Below are positions 23,542 to 37,417 of a DNA stretch of 64,000 nt, piece by piece; position 1 is the stretch's first letter; each line of letters opens with the position of its first letter. The notes below the pieces were generated by a model. It was not told the DNA's origin and did not search any database. It saw only the letters and a list, made by a program, of their open reading frames with translations. The position numbers and the translations under genes were made by a program. Source of the DNA: Azolla caroliniana (taxonomy: Eukaryota > Plantae > Polypodiophyta); contig JBHGNT010000004.1 in assembly GCA_043228905.1 (NCBI GenBank), positions 11,284,001 to 11,348,000 on the forward strand, given 5' to 3'.

Positions 23542-26500
23542 GGTTTCAGGATGGTTACAAAGGAGGATCAGAGAGACAGAGAGAGACACAGAGAGAGAAT
23601 TCAAATCAAACTGTCAGAACCAAGGATAAAAGATAGAGTGATGGAAGAAGTATAGAGAAGAATGGATGTATAAGATAGAGAAAGAAAGAGAATGGATACA
23701 AGATATGTAATGAGAGCTAAAGACTGGTGTTGATTCGAATTGATTTGAGAATACATGTATGCGCTTATTTATAGGTTCCTATAGAATAGCTTAGAGATTT
23801 CTAGAATGTTCTAGAATGTTCTAGACCTAGAATGCTCTAGGACATTCTAGAACATTCTAGAACAATCTAGAGTTTTTACAATAATCAATGTAATATAAGA
23901 AGTAGCTTTTATTGTTTCATATAACAATAAGCTATCTTAATGGTTGAGGTTTTCAAGTATGAATTACAAGGTTCGAGGTTCAAGTCCGGGTGACGCCATA
24001 ATGGTCATGTGTTCATGACAACAAGAGGGTTTGTTGTTCCGAGATCATCTCTTATACGTCCCAGAGGGCCCATGTCGCACCCGGGTGTTGCGGGAATGCC
24101 ACAATGACCCACTTGTAGGTCATTTCGGGGTCGCGAAAACCCTCGAGCTAATCTCTCAGGGGTATTGGTGGCTACAACCATGGAAGCTAGTCAAAGAATA
24201 CATAAAGAGTTGTGAGGTTTGTGCTCACTCCAAAGCCATTCATCATCGGCCATACGGCTTACTACAGCCGCTTCCATGTCCTCGTCGTCCTTGGGCCTCT
24301 ATCTCTATGGACTTGATAACTGATCTACCCTTGGTCAATAGCTATGACTCGGTGTTGGTCATTGTCAATTGGTTTACGAAGATGGGTCACTTTACTCCAT
24401 GCTCCAAAACCATTTCCGGAGAAGGAATGGTGCATCTCCTACTCAACAATGTGGTACGCTTGCATGGACTCCCCGATGTTGTCATCTCGTATCGCAGACC
24501 CCAGTTTGTCTCTCACTTCTGGCAGCACCTGGTACAAACTTTAGGCATCTCTGTCAAGTTGTCCTCCGCTTATCACCCACAAACTGACGGGCAAACGGAG
24601 CGTGTCAACCAAATCCTTGAGCAGTATCTTCGGTGCTCGGTTAGTTACCAACAAGATGATTGGGTCAACTTACTTTCGCTCGCAGAATTCGCCTACAATA
24701 ATTCTCTCCATGCATCGACTGGCGTCACTCCCTTCTTTGCCAACTACGGTTTACATCCTCGCTTCAACATTTCCCTTCCTACCACTTCCGTGAACCCTTC
24801 GGCGGAGGATCCCGCCCGCATTTTGGAAGAACTACATCATGATTTATCCTTGGAGCTTAGTCTTGCTAGTGAACGATACAAGAAGCAGGCTGATCGCCAT
24901 CGATCTTCCATTCCACACTTTGTCATTGGAGACATGGTCTGGTTGTTATGTCGACACATCTCTACTACTCGTCCATGTGCGAAACTTGATTACAAGAAGT
25001 TGGGACCATTTCGTATCATCGAGTGCATCAATCCCGTCGCCTTCCGGCTCGCCCTTCCATCCCACTTCTGGATTCACGATGTTTTTCATGTCTCCCTCCT
25101 CGAACCCCATTATGCTTCACAACTCCCAGGACATCAAGCCCCACCACCACCACCTGTGCAATTGACGACAGGGGAGGAATACGAGGTCGACCAAATCCTT
25201 GACTCGCGTTGGCACCGTCGACAATTGCAATACCTCGTCCTATGGAGGGGTTACCCCATGTCTGAGGCCACATGGGAACCATCGGCAAATTTACAAAATG
25301 CCCCAGAGGTCGTCCAAGATTTTCATCACCGATATCCCCACAAACCAGCGACCGATTTGGGAAGGTGGCGTAAGAGGGGGGATAATGTCAAGATTCGAAC
25401 TCTTGACACGACCATGTTGTAATCTAGTATTATGAGTTAACCAAGATATCTAGTTCTAGTTATGTATGTAATTGGTCCTTATTATTTTGCTAGCATCATG
25501 TGCATAGTTGCTCCCATGTAGTATTTACACTTGGCACATGCATGCATACCTACATGCTCTATTGTAGATTCACATGCGTGCAACAAGTATGCATGCCATG
25601 TAGTATAAATAGAGGAGTTCACCTTGAAGGAATTCAAGGTGAACAACACCAGTTATGGAGTCTTTCCTTTAATACTATCTTCTTTCTTGTCCATTTGGTT
25701 ATCTTCTTGCTTGTCTCTTGAGTTTATGATCCGTGACAGTTATGGTACAACCTCCGTGTGGGGTATGTTTCGGTCGTTCGGACTATCACGGCCCCACGCC
25801 TTGATAGCCCTTTCTAAAAATCCTCTCGGCTGGTGTTCCCAAGGGTGTCCCGGTTTTGCTCGTGATTCTTCCGTACTGTCAAAAACTAGACAGAGTGACG
25901 ACCGTCCTACATTTTTACCCTCGTGTAGGCCAAACAATTGTCAAGTACTTTGGTCTCCATTCGAGCCGCCATGATGTATGGTTCGCTGAGAATGACCAGA
26001 TGGGAAGATGTCTCCTACACAAAAAATTGTTGGTCTATCTCGACGTCCGCAACACTTACTTTGACTTTTGCACAATCCTTGTGTACTCTTCTGTGGCCCT
26101 CATAGCCGCACGTATCTTCCATCCATGTTTAATGTTGATTGGCCATTTCCCCTTTTTGTAGAAGTCCATGGACATTAGGTTAATTTCCGACCCGTGGTCG
26201 ATCAACGCTATCACTGGCTCCTTCATATCCCCGATACGAACCGGGGTTTCTATTGTCGCTCTTGCCCAGTGTGGCTTGGCGTAGTGGCTTTCTGCAAGCT
26301 CGTCTTCGTGGCCATCTCGTCGAGGAGCGCCGCCCTTATTTCAACCGGCTTTTCTGGTCCCGGTTCCATCATGAGACGCTTTCTCTTCACGAGATCCATG
26401 GTGTTGTCATGGAATTCTCTTCTTGCTATGCCTAGCACTTCCGTCCACGTGAGTTCTACGCGACTATCGAGAACTCACTCCTCCAAAACCTTCTGTAGGT

Positions 26501-28691
26501 CCGTCGTTTTCTCGATCTTCGAGCTTAGTCAGAAGCTAGGAACCTTACCCTTTTCCTTTTCTTGGGACCTAGTTGCAGCGGCATCGTGCCTCTTGGGTCT
26601 GCTCCGGGTGTCATACCTCCCCAAAGGACCCGCTCCTCCTGTCTTTCCGGCCCGCTTGTCGTTGACCAGGGCCTCATAGTTCCGGCACGTGGCTTCCACA
26701 AAGCCAGTGCTTTCTTCAAATGGGTCACTCCAGCCAGTGACCTAGCGTACACGTTTCTCCGCGCGCTCCAATTCTCCCTTCTACAGCCTTCCCCCGGAGA
26801 AGGTCTCAAGTACCACCGGCCAGAACCCGGGGTGTGTATCAGGTGCAGCCACCTTTCCACCTATGCGGATGCTGACCGAGGCCGAGTAATGGATGGCCTC
26901 GACGTGCCACACCGCGGCCTCTTCCATTAACCTCTTCATGCCACCCCATCCGAGATTTACCTCGAGCATTCTCCTTGTGTCGCTCACGTGAACCTTGTCG
27001 TTCCAAAGGTACACCACGTTGCTCTTGAGCAGTTCGCTGAAGTCGGCACAATCTCTCGGTGCATGACCAATGGGATTGCACCATATGTTCCTTTGATTGG
27101 CCGGCAGCCACCGGTCGCGTGACTAACCTTCGTCGCTTCGTCGGGCCTGGGCGATCTAGAGATTGCGCACCATCCTCGTCAATTCTTCCAGACCTGCACT
27201 GCCTAATGGCCCCGCGACTACGTTTGCCGGAGGCTGGCCCAACTCGAGCCACCTTCTCATCTCTTCCGCTCGGGTCGGCATCAACTTGGCCCTTGTTTCG
27301 ACAGTTGGCCTGGCCGGCGAGGACCCCTTTTCTTTCCAATCTCTGCACTTATCGTTTCTGCCACACACTCCTTTGACCATTGCCTAGTCATCTGTGACAC
27401 TGTCGTTTGTCTCTAGTAGGAAGCCCACATTGTCACGATTGAGCAAATCAAACGATTTAATGAATAGCAGAACCTTGCTCGTGTCAAGCACGGTCCGGTC
27501 CAACATTGCCACTCTTGGAGGAGCGTTGAAGCATTCTGACCCTTGGCAAGGTTGTCAACCTAATCCATAAAGTCCTTTTTCAACAGTTGGAGTGAGTCAT
27601 CGCAGCTATACTGCTCGAGAACCCGCTCCGCGAAGTCCGCCCAATCGCGGCATCCTGCTTGTATTTCGATCATCTCCGTATGGATGCTCGACGTCACGAC
27701 CCGGGGAAATCCGGTCAGTTGTTTGTCCTCCGGAATGTTCCTCATCTGTGTCTCAGATCTGTAGGCCTCTAGGTAACTCGTGGCGTCTTTACCACTAAAC
27801 CGGCCTATCTTGTTGACCGTTGCTTCTATGGCCCTGTCGAGGGCACTCGTGCCCTCGCGAGCACTAACTAGGCGGTCTACAGCCACTGCCATCGCTTTGG
27901 CGAGTTCACTCCCTCTCATTTTCAGATTCCTTTGCCGCCCCTTTTCATGGTGGGTTCACCAAAGATGTCACGATATTCCGCACAAATGCGTAGAAACGGG
28001 GCAGGACCACGGGGATCTTGAACCAAGGAATCAGGAAGTGAGGGGAAGGAGTTCGCACTTCGCATAAACACAGAGACCGTGGATAGACACAACGCGACAA
28101 GAGAAAGACACCGCGAGCAACTCAGATTAACGAGGTAAGTTATATTAAAGCGAATGGGCGCATAGCGCAGTAAGCGATTATAACCGGATCAGAGTCTCGA
28201 GTAGAATAGCAACGTAAAACGATGTAGTAGGTTAATGCTAGTAGGTAGAACGTGCTCGTGAAGCGCAAGGAAACAACCGGTATGATTCCGTGACCGAGCT
28301 TCGAGCTCTCGAGTAAACACACACAATAAGGTGAACCTCTGGTCGGGAGCACGCGAGCATCTGACATGAGAAGAGGGTCCACCTTCCAAAGTTCGGTTGT
28401 AGAGCTTCAGCCGAGAGCAAGCGAAACAGAGAGCTCCTATCTCTGGTTCGGCAGCCTCTTCTTCCCCTTCCAATTGTCCCTAAAACAGTTTGAGGCCACC
28501 CCTTTTATCACACAAGGAGTGACCGTTACATCAGCTTTAATGACCCGTCGCTATCCATCCCTAGATTCTCTCCTTAATTTTCTCTCCTCATTACTCTCCC
28601 ACATAAGTTAATTCAAAAGGGTAGTGTACTCGTGTACACCCGTGTTCCCGCATATTCGATGATGTTTCCCTAGCCCGGAATCTTCATGACA

Positions 28692-28846
28692 ACGTTCTCT
28701 CTCTCTCTCTCAAAGATCGCTCTACAAGATGATCAAGAAATTCTCCTATTACAACGTTAGGTTATTGCTTATATACTAAGCCCTAACTATTTGGACGTGT
28801 TCACACTAAGACACAAATTGGAAGGAATCGGCCTTTTATGCCAACA
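28692..28846 (-). repeat. Partial LTR (probably U3 end) of an unidentified element, truncated by G2 and inserted in copia integrase
   Basis: Ends GCCAACA exactly at the copia RHTLQQ/NG site; minus-strand TATATAA followed by a GA tract. Confidence 0.6.
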
Positions 28847-29616
28847 TTGTTGCAGTGTGTGTCGGCAACTGAATTCTTGCCGAATTCCTTCTTGGCGAAG
28901 GTATGTTGTGAAGGTGTCAGAGAAGTATTCTTTGCTTTTGCTCGACCATAAACATCGTACATGTTGACCGGTTGCCTTTTCGACTTCGTTTTTGAACTTC
29001 TGGAAGTGTGATAACACTTCACTCTTTTGGTACATAGGAAAGATTCATGTATGCCTGGAGAAGTTGTCGATAACGGTGAGATAGTATCAACATCATCCAA
29101 ATGTTGTCGTTTGAGAAGGTCCCCACATGTTTGATGTCATGATATGGCAAGACTCGAACCCATGACCTTATGCTACATGGGTCGAGCTCTTACCATTAGA
29201 CTATGAATTGTAATTTGTAGGATATTATTTTCATTTATGCTTTATCATAGAAAATTGATGTATATTCCAGATCTCTCTGGAACATTCTAGAAGCTTCAGG
29301 ATTATTCCTAAAAACACTATAAAAGGAGGCACAAGGCATTGTTTTGAACCAAATTGGTTCAACGCCAGTCTTAAGCCTCTTAGCCATTTTGTACTTATCC
29401 TTCACATAATATATTGGTTGTTATCATCATCTCTCTCTCTCTCTCATCCTCGCTATCTCTCTTTTCGCTTCTCTCTCTCTCTCTCTCGGGAGTCTTATGT
29501 AGTCCTGTCCTCTTAGTACTAATAGTACTGCTCTTCTTTAGTACTAATTCCATCTCTGCTTAGTACTATTCCTGACAGTTTGAACCAATTTTTCCTCCTA
29601 CCCTTTTCCCTATACT

Positions 29617-30774
29617 ATGGCTACTATTGGCGCCCAAGAATATCAATCCGTTTTCTCCGAGCTACAATGCTTACAAGAAAAATTTGTTGCCTTGGCACAA
29701 GAAAACCAACGATTGATAGGGGATATGCAACAAATCGCTCTAGAAAAGCAACAAATGCAGCAACAGCATGGGGAGTTAGGGTTACGGGTGCAACAACTCG
29801 AAGCGGCATTGCAACAACAAGGATCAAGTCCCCAAGGATTTCATAAAGAGCCGAAGATTGGACTTCCTGTGAAATTTGATGGAACGCGATCGCAATTCAG
29901 GGAATTCCTTAATTAGGTACGATTAGTCCTCCAAATGCATCCTTCCCGATACCCCACTGATGCATCCCGAGTCGGCTTAATAGGCACGTTGCTTAGCAGC
30001 TCAGCCTTAGCATGGTTCGCTCCGCTTCTAGAAAAACAATCGCCCTTGCTTAATAACTTTGAAGATTTTATTAGTGAGGTCAAAGCCTGCTTTGGAGACA
30101 CCGACAGCATCAGGACGGCGATCAACAAGATCCGGCGATTGCATCAAGGCGATCGTCCAGCCTCTGCCTACGCGGCGGATTTCCACCTAGTCGCTTCAGA
30201 CATACCCTGGGATGATCAAGCACTAATGGAGCAGTTTCGTTATGGCCTGCGAAATGATGTCAAAGATCTACTTCTAACCTTCCCCGAACAACCAAAGTCT
30301 CTTACGGAGGCAATCAGTCGAGCGGTCCGATGTGACAACCGCCTTTTCGAACGGCGTTCAGAACGTCAATTATAGATACCACGCGCTAGGCCGGAGCCCA
30401 CTTACGCCGCAGTCACGGCTAAACCGTTTGCACGAGACATACCTCAAGCAAATACTTCGACACCAATGGAGATCGATACCATGCGTCGACGCGGCCCATT
30501 ATCGAAAGAAGAAAAGCAACGACGACGTGCAAATCGATTATGTCTTTATTGCGGTAGACTAGGGCATATCGCAATCAATTGTCCCCATAGGCCAAGAAGA
30601 CAGGTAAATCAAATTGTAGCCTGTACTAAGCCCGAGTCAATTCTTCCCTTAGGAGTGTCTCATAGTATTAATAGTACTAATAGAGTGTTTGATAGTATTC
30701 ATAGTACTAGTAGCCCAAGTATCTCAAATAAATTTGAAATCCTTAGTCAATTAGATGAAGAGTTAAACGATTGA
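29617..30774 (+). pseudogene. gag: B1 gag (in-frame stops)
   Basis: LPVKFDG, QFRYGL, PMEID, CLYCGRLGHIAINC. Confidence 0.92.
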
Positions 30775-33700
30775 GTCCAGCCAAAATAGGAGCCGTTTGG
30801 TTGGACAGCAGCCCTAGATCTGTACAGCCCATTAGTGGTTCCATTCCTTCCAAGCAAGTTAGCAATGTGTTCCTAGCCCAAGTCATTGTTAGTACTAAAA
30901 GTACTCCCCCAGTACCCGTCCTAGCACTTTTAGATTCCGAAGCTAATTCCTGTTTCATGGATCGAAATTTTGCCCAAGCTTCTCAGATATCCTTAAGAAA
31001 ACTTCCTTGTCCCGCATCTGTAGTAGTCATTGATGGTCGTCCCATTGCTTCCGGGAATATTGTAGAAGAATCAGAACCCATTCAAGTTGTCCTAGGTAGT
31101 TTTGTGTGTGTAATATCATTTAATATAATTAGTAGTCCAGAGCATCCAATTGTCCTAGGATTACCTTGGTTTGAATTTCATAATCCAGCCATAGATTGGA
31201 GAACAAGAGAAGTCTGATATCGACCACCCCAAGAATCAACTCACCAAGTTTCGACCATTTCACTCCATCAACTACGCGAAGAAGGACCCAAGGAGGCAAT
31301 GTTCCTATTTGCAATATCATTACATCCTTCCAGCACTATTAAGAAGGACTCCTTAGTAAAACTTCCGGCAAAATATCATCCTTATGCCGATGTATTTGAC
31401 AAGGTAAAAGCCGGTACCCTTCCTCATCACCGTCCCTATGACTGTCCCATCGATTTACAACCAGGAACCGAGCCACCATGGGGACCAATTTACAACTTGT
31501 CACCCACCGAGTTAGAAGTCCTTCGAGCCTACATAGAGGAGAACTTGGCAAGCGGGTTCATCCGTCATTTGAAATCTCCGGCCGGTGCACCCATCTTCTT
31601 TGTCAAGAAGAAAAATGGCTCACTTCGTCTTGTCGTTCATTACCGCGGATTGAATAAAGTCACCATCCGGAATAGGTATGCACTTCCTCTTATATCAAGT
31701 CTTTTAGAGCGAGTTAATGGTGCCAAGTTTTTTACTAAAATCGACCTACGAGGAGCGTATAACCTCGTGCAGATCCGACCGGGAGATGAGTGGAAGACCG
31801 CCTTTCGCACGCAGTATGGGCATTTCGAGTATATTGTTATGCCGTTTGGCCTAACCAATGCACCCGCAGTCTTCCAACACATGGCAAATGATATATTCAG
31901 AGAACTCTTGGATATTTGTTTGATCATTTATCTGGATGATCTATTGATTTATTCGAAGACCCAGGAAGAGCACGATTCTCATGTACTATTAGTACTAAAG
32001 CGACTCCGCGAGAATGGTCTTTATGCCAAGCTAGAAAAATGTAGCTTTGACTGCAAGCAAGTGGAATTTCTAGGCTACGTCATCTCCTCAAAGGGCATCG
32101 CCATGGATCCAGCTAAAATCCAAACTGTACTAGAGTGGCAAATTCCATGGTCGGTACGAGATGTACAATGTTTTCTAGGTTTTGCTAACTTCTACCGTAA
32201 GTTTATACAGGATTACTCAAAGATTATTTTACCTCTCACACAACTTACGAAGAAGGGCCAAGCATTTCTTTGGTCCATAGAAGCAGATATGGCTTTTCGG
32301 CATCTTAAGAAAGCCTTTACATCAGCACCGATTCTAGCTCATGTGGATACAAGCAAACCATTCATCATGGAGGCCGATGCATTAGATTTCGCCCTCGGTA
32401 GCATCCTTTCTCAACAAGGAGATAAAGAAGAGTTGCATCCGGTGGCTTTCCATTCGCGCAAATTCGATTTCGCAGAAATCAACTACGAAATACATGACAA
32501 GGAGTTATTAGCCATCGTGGATTCATTTGTGAAATGGCGGCATTTCTTAGAGGGCTCTCCACATCAGGTCATTGTCTTTAGCGATCATAAAAATCTTGCT
32601 TATTTTCAGAACGCTCGCGTACTAAATCGATGGCAAGCTCGGTGGGCACAATTCCTCACGCGTTTCGACTTTAAAATCACATATCGACCGGGGAAGCAGC
32701 AAGGAAAAGCAGATGCACTATCACGGCATTCATATCTTGCACCTCGTCCTGGTGACGCAACATTTGATGATTAAAAGCAAGTAATCTTGGGACCAACACG
32801 ATTGCACACGACGCGGATTTTTCACACCCCGATGGATTCACGGATTACCGATGACATACGTGCAACCTTGAAGACGGATAGTTTTGCTCAAGACATCTTG
32901 GCGCACATTGATACTTCTCGGGCATCCTGTTCTCGGTCTCAACAACCAGGTATTGACTACCGACAATTCGAATATCATGATGGTCTGTTATTCTTTAAAA
33001 AGCGCATATATGTCCCCGATTGCTCCTGTCGCCTTCAAATCGTCCATCATTGTCACGACACTCATACAGCGGGACATTTCGGTAGTACTAAGACGTTGGA
33101 GCTAGTGCAACGATCTTTTTGGTGGCCCCACATGCGTCGTTTTGTCGACGACTACGTTCGGACCTGTGATGCTTGCTGCCGAGCAAAGATGCCACGACAC
33201 CATCCATATGGCTTGTTGGAACCCTTACCGATTCCAAGTAAGCTGTGGCAGTCTATTTGTCCCGATTTTATCACAGATCTGCCGGTCTCGAAGGGGTTCA
33301 ATGCTATCCTAACCATCGTTGATCGATATACGAAGATGGCACATTTTGTGCCGTGTACTAAAGTCATCACTAGCGAGGAAACCGTTGCTCTTGTTATGCG
33401 TGAGGTATTTCGGCATCATGGCCTCCCAGACAGTATTATCAGTGACCGAGAACGGCAATTTGTCTCCAAATTTTGGCAGCATCTCTTCAAGATGCTCAAG
33501 GTCTCCTGCAACCTCTCCTCCAGCTACCATCCTCAGACCGACGGGCAGGCGGAACGAACAAACCAAATGCTAGATCAATATCTCCAGTGTTTCCTGAGTT
33601 ATCAATAGGACGATTGGGCCGAGATTCTCCACTTTGCAGAGTTTGCGTATAATAATGCTATTCACTCCTCGACTCGGGTCTCCCCATTTTTCGCTTATAC

Positions 33701-34343
33701 CGGTTTCCATCCTCGCTGGTCGGTGATCGACACCCCGGAGCTACCTACCAACCCTCGTGCCGAGGATCATTTGGAGAGGCTACGCAAGATCCAAATGGAT
33801 CTCTCTACTCACCTTCTTCATGCTCAACACACACAGAAGACTTATGCGGATCGTCATCGGATTCCCTCCTCTTTTGCCATCGGAGATCGAGTATGGCTCT
33901 TACGTCGTCACATCAAGACTACTCGACCGTGCGACAAGTTGGATTATCGACGTCTCGGTCCCTTCCGTATTACGGGTAAGATTAATGATGTCACATTCCG
34001 CCTTGATCTCCCTCCGCAGCTTCAGATACATCCGGTTTTCCATTGTTCTCTTCTTGAACCTTATAAAGGAAACACCATTCCCGATCGTGTGACACCACCG
34101 CCGCCCCCACTGGAGTTGGACGCCGGCCCGGAGTATGAAGTTGCTGCCATCCTCGATTCCAAACTTGTTCGCAACAAACTTTATTACTTGGTCGATTGGC
34201 TCGGTTATAGTTCGAGCGAACGTACTTGGGAACCCATCGAGCATGTTGCCAATGCACAGGATCTTCTTGTTGATTTCCACCGAAAGTATTCGGACAAACC
34301 CGGCCCGCAATTAGCGTCGACTCGTTCCACTCGTTGTCTTTAA
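30771..34343 (+). pseudogene. pol: B1 pol PR-RT-RH-IN-chromodomain
   Basis: [37 protein letters not shown]...TWEP; a few stops and one frameshift. Confidence 0.95.
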
Positions 34344-37300
34344 GGGGGAGATAGTGTCATGATTTGGCAAGACTCGAACCCATGACCTTATGCTACATGG
34401 GTCGAGCTCTTACCATTAGACTATGAATTGTAATTTGTAGGATATTATTTTCATTTATGCTTTATCATAGAAAATTGATGTATATTCCAGATCTCTCTGG
34501 AACATTCTAAAAGCTTCAGGATTATTCCTAAAAACACTATAAAAGGAGGCACAAGGCATTGTTTTGAACCAAATTGGTTCAACGCCAGTCTTAAGCCTCT
34601 TAGCCATTTTGTACTTATCCTTCACATAATATATTGGTTGTTATCATCATCTCTCTCTCTCTCTCATCCTCGCTATCTCTCTTTTCACTTCTCTCTCTCT
34701 CTCTCTCGGGAGTCTTACGTAGTCCCGTCCTCTTAGTACTAATAGTATTGCTCTTCTTTAGTACTAATTCCATCTCTGCTTAGTACTATTCCTGACATTT
34801 GAGTGGATCACATCTAGGAGGCCTTTGCTCACGTTTCACTCTTTTAGAAATGGGTGCCAATGTTGTTTGCCAAATTGGTAAGCTTCACATACAGCTTCAA
34901 CCTCTTTCTCTTTGCAGATCTGGAGCCCGATGACAACTCCTTTCAATTGCATCCCCTTGAGCTTTTGAAGGTTGATATGGTCTATTCTTTTGTGTCATAG
35001 CTCTATGTTTGTATCATCTTTGGAGCCTTTTGCAAACATGGCCGATTTCATCTCATGCGAATCGAGAATGAATATTCGACATTCCCTTCGACCACAAGCG
35101 ATGAGTCGGCCTTCCTTCTTGATGAAGTAACCACCTTGGTTGAAAAGGACTTGCATGCCTTGCTCCTCAATTTGGCCGACCAAGACCAAATTCTTTGTGA
35201 TGGTCGGTACATGCAAGACATTCTTAATGTATGTTTGGTTGCCTTCTTTGCCGAATGGGACATTGTTGTCACAGATCATAAGCTCAAGAGACAAGCAAGA
35301 AGATAACCAAATGGACAAGAAAGAAGATAGTATTAAAGGAAAGACTCCATAACTAGTGTTGTTCACCTTGAATTCCTTCAAGGTGAACTCCTCTATTTAT
35401 ACTACATGGCATGCATACTTGTTGCACGCATGTGAATCTACAATAGAGAATGTAGGTATGCATGCATGTGCCAAGTGTAAATACTACAAGGCGGCAATTA
35501 TGCATATGATGCTAGCAAAATAATAAGGACCAATTACATACATAACTATGTACTAGATATCTTGGTTAACTCATAATACTAGATTATAACATGGTTGTGT
35601 CAAGAGTTCGAATCTTGACATTATCCCCCCTCCTACGCCGCCTTCCCAAATCGGCCGCTGGTTTGTGGCGATATTGATGATGAGAATCTTGGATGACCTC
35701 TGGGGCATTTTGTAAATTTGTTGATGGTTCCCACGTGGCCTCAGACATTGGGTAACCCCTCCATAGGACGAGGTATTGCAAGTGTCGACGGTGCTAACGC
35801 GAGTCAAGGATTTGGTCGACCTCGTATTTCTCCCCTGTCGTCAATTGCACAAGTGGTGGTGGTGGGGCCTAACGTCCTGGGAGTTGTGAAGCATAATGGG
35901 GTTCGAGGAGGGAGACATGAAAAACATCGTGAATCCGGAAGTGGGATGGAAGGGCGAGCCGGAAGGCGACGGGATTGATGCACTCGATATAACGAAATGG
36001 TCCCAACTTCTTGTAATCAAGTTTCGCACATGGACGAGTAGTAGAGATGTGTCAACATAACAACCAGACCATGTCTCCAACGACAAAGTGTGGAGTGGAA
36101 GATCGATGGCGATCAGTCTACTACTTATATCGTTCACTAGCAAGACTAAGCTCCAAGGATAATTCATGATGTAGTTCTTCCAAAATGCGGGCGCGATCCT
36201 CCGCCGAAGGGTTCACGGAAGTGGTAGGAAGGGAAATGTTGAAGCGAGGATGTAAACCATAGTTGGCAAAGAAGGGAGTGACGCCAGTCGATGCATGGAG
36301 AGAATTATTGTAGGCGAATTCCGCGAGCGAAAGTAAGTTGACCCAATCATCTTGTTGGTAACTAACCGAGCACCGAAGATACTGCTCAAGGATTTGGTTG
36401 ACACGCTCCGTTTGCCCGTTAGTTTGGGGGTGATAAGCAGAGGAAAACTTGACAGAGATGCCTAAAGTTTGTAGCAGGCACTACCAGAAGTGAGAGACAA
36501 ACTGGGGTCCGCGATCCGAGATGACATCATCGGGGAGTCCATGCAAGCGTACCACATTATTGAGTAGTAGATGCACCATTCCTTCTCCGGAAATGGTTTT
36601 GGAGCATGGAGTGAAGTGAGCCATCTTCGTAAACTGATCGACAACGACCAACATCGAGTCATAGCTATTGACCAAGGGTAGATTAGTTATCAAGTCCATA
36701 AAGATAGAGGCCCAAGGACGACGAGGACATGGAAGCGGTTGTAGTAAGTCATATGGCCGATGATGAATGGCTTTGGAGCGAGCACAAACCTCACAACTCT
36801 TTATGTATTCTTTGACCAACTTGGTTGTGGCCACCAATACCCCCGAGAGATTAGCTCGAGGGTTTTCGCGACCCCGAAATGACCTGCAAGTGGATCATCG
36901 TGGCATTCCTACAACACCCGGGTGCGACATGGGCCCTCTGGGACGTATAAGAGATGATCTCGGAACAATAAACCCTCTTGTATGATGAAGGTGTCAAGAT
37001 CCTTCCTTTTGGTCGCCTTGGAGGGGTTTTGCAGACTATCTCGAATCTCGTTGGTGAACGCATCGGTCTTGGATGCATCAGTGATTTGTTGAAGTAAAGA
37101 ATCATCCCGCAACATACACGTGGCAAAAAGATGCAATTGGTCGGGTTCAACAAACGTCTAGATTGTTGAGCATAAGCAGCATCCCCAGGTCGGAGTGCAA
37201 GGTCAGCTCGGCGAGAAAGGGCATCAGCCTTCCCATGTTGGCCACCAGGTCGAAATACAATCTCAAAATCTTAGTCGGCGAGAAATGTTGACCAACGGGC

Positions 37301-37417
37301 CTGCCTTCGATTCAAAGTATGAGTGGTGGAAAAATAAACTAAATTTTTATGATCAGTCACTACCTGGACACAATGTTGTGCGCCGGCCAAGTAGGGTCGC
37401 CATTCTTCAAAAGCAGA

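Larger units (their letters stand above)
18328..24020 (-). mobile_element. Chromovirus C, full length, nested in A1
   Basis: 409-bp LTRs 18328-18736 and 23612-24020 (3 differences counted), TSD ACAAG, minus-strand PPT AAGGAGGGATAG. Confidence 0.97.
16177..25422 (+). pseudogene. pol: A1 pol PR-RT-RH-IN-chromodomain, interrupted by C (18328-24020)
   Basis: LLDSGA, LRLCVDYRGL, MPFGLTNAP, YLDD, TDASD, TDHKNL, HPQTDGQTER, chromodomain EYEVDQILDSR...YLVLWRGY...TWEP. Confidence 0.95.
14768..25738 (+). mobile_element. Chromovirus A1, full length, containing element C
   Basis: 353-bp LTRs 14768-15120 and 25386-25738 (3 differences counted by eye), TSD GTTAT, PPT AAGAGGGGGGATAA. Confidence 0.97.
13806..28691 (-). 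mobile_element. Ty3/gypsy G2 (G1-related), split by A1; own sequence 13806-14767 and 25744-28691
   Basis: 5' LTR 27966-28691 (TGTCA..TGACA); degenerate Trp PBS TGGTGAACCC; gag KIGRFSGKD; protease IDHGSEIN; TKYKTVDRKVKP and DLYSGYDQ as in G1. Confidence 0.88.
29135..34797 (+). mobile_element. Chromovirus B1, full length
   Basis: 443-bp LTRs 29135-29577 and 34355-34797 (about 6 differences counted), TSD TTTGA, PPT AAGGGGGAGATAG. Confidence 0.97.
28847..35266 (-). pseudogene. pol: Copia X2 PR/IN fragment, split by B1; own sequence 28847-29134 and 34798-35266
   Basis: Homologous to X1 9560-10310 (NVLHVPTITKNL, IEL-HKRI, LDVIHSNMWGP, KNEVEKATG). Confidence 0.9.

Noticed and set aside
29135-29210. 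Functional tRNA genes in LTRs
   Set aside because: A/B boxes are present but acceptor and anticodon stems do not form; reported only as promoter-like modules
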